A stretch of DNA of 62,968 bases, counting the filler, from Octopus bimaculoides (taxonomy: Eukaryota), in the NCBI RefSeq assembly GCF_001194135.2. It is 5 parts of 4 records of this genome, joined end to end, with 100 filler letters (N's around TTAATTAATTAA, not from the genome) between each part and the next. Parts side by side here need not be neighbours in the genome. Positions count along the whole stretch, not along the records: positions 58,676 to 62,968 come from NC_068987.1; 4 more parts are not named here. One strand, written 5' to 3'. Positions 62,398 through 62,968 of the stretch are shown in pieces (positions within the stretch are counted from its first letter, which is position 1; every line of letters starts with the position of its first letter). A model generated the notes under the pieces. It searched no databases. It saw only the letters and a list, made by a program, of their open reading frames with translations, and was not told where the DNA came from. The position numbers were made by a program, and so were the translations under genes.

Positions 62398-62968
62398 TCC
62401 TCCGTCCTCTGACGATTGTTTTGATATAAAGTAAATCTCTCCTGATATATGTCTCACACCACATTTATTACTGGGTTCACTGATAGTCGTTTATTGCAGC
62501 CAGTTAAACTAATAATCGAGTCGTTTTAGGAACGTCGTAGTTGCACAGTGAGAGAGGTCATAGATAGATAGATAGACAGAGTGAGAGAGAAGAGTGGGAG
62601 AGGAAGAGAGAGAAAGAGTGAGAGATGGAGGGAAAGAGAGGAAGAGAGAGAGAGAGAGAGAAGGAGGGAGAGAGGAGGAAGAGAGAGAGAAAGAGAGGGG
62701 ACATCATGGCTATCGCTTAGCTCTTTGCCTCCTTGCTCTATCTTTATGTGAGTCTTAATCGAAACGCGGAATAGATGAAACAGGGACAACTGACGAAGGG
62801 GTATACTCTTTATGTTGCATGTCACGTTTCTCTGCTTTTTTCGTTGTTCGAAAAAATGTTCGTTTTCTATGTTTTCGTTTCTCATTGTGTTAAACGTTTT
62901 TTTTTTTGATGTCCTGTATCCATATATGCATGTATATATACATATATATGTAGGTATGTACATATATG

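Noticed and set aside
62790-62815. CTGACGA-AGGGG-TATA-CTCTT as a hammerhead
   Set aside because: No GAAA follows the stem.
52-62963. The many VCVC/YIYI/HTHT/SLSL/RERE/IIII/NNNN ORFs in the track
   Set aside because: They are translations of (TG)n, (TA)n, (CT)n and (AAT)n microsatellites and have no coding signature.

Overview
Eukaryotic, repeat-dense genomic DNA with many assembly gaps. It is most likely Octopus, inferred from the tRNA-derived SINE families and the extreme microsatellite density. I found no confidently intact host protein-coding gene, rRNA, true tRNA or CRISPR array. Almost all ORFs in the supplied track are microsatellite, N-gap or antisense-repeat artefacts. What the sequence supports: (1) dozens of SINE copies from about four families; (2) decayed DNA transposons: a full-length maT/DD37D-like mariner with TIRs, a Tc1, two other mariners, a Mutator-like element with 72-bp TIRs, hAT MITEs and Helentron-like elements; (3) LINE fragments (RTE, Rex3/Expander-like RTE, R4/Dong-like, L1/Tx1); (4) several Penelope-like elements (PLEs). 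The most notable signal is a set of minimal type-I hammerhead ribozyme motifs. One looks fully intact (60706-60787, minus strand), two are near-intact (37046-37129, 13805-13861), one has an intact core but a broken stem II (49841-49926), and several are degenerate. Three of these sit beside local inverted duplications. Four 100-bp N44-TTAATTAATTAA-N44 linkers show the window is stitched from five scaffolds. One of them (42923-49054) is strongly CpG-depleted and carries weak exon-like fragments. All structures were folded and translated by eye and need computational confirmation.
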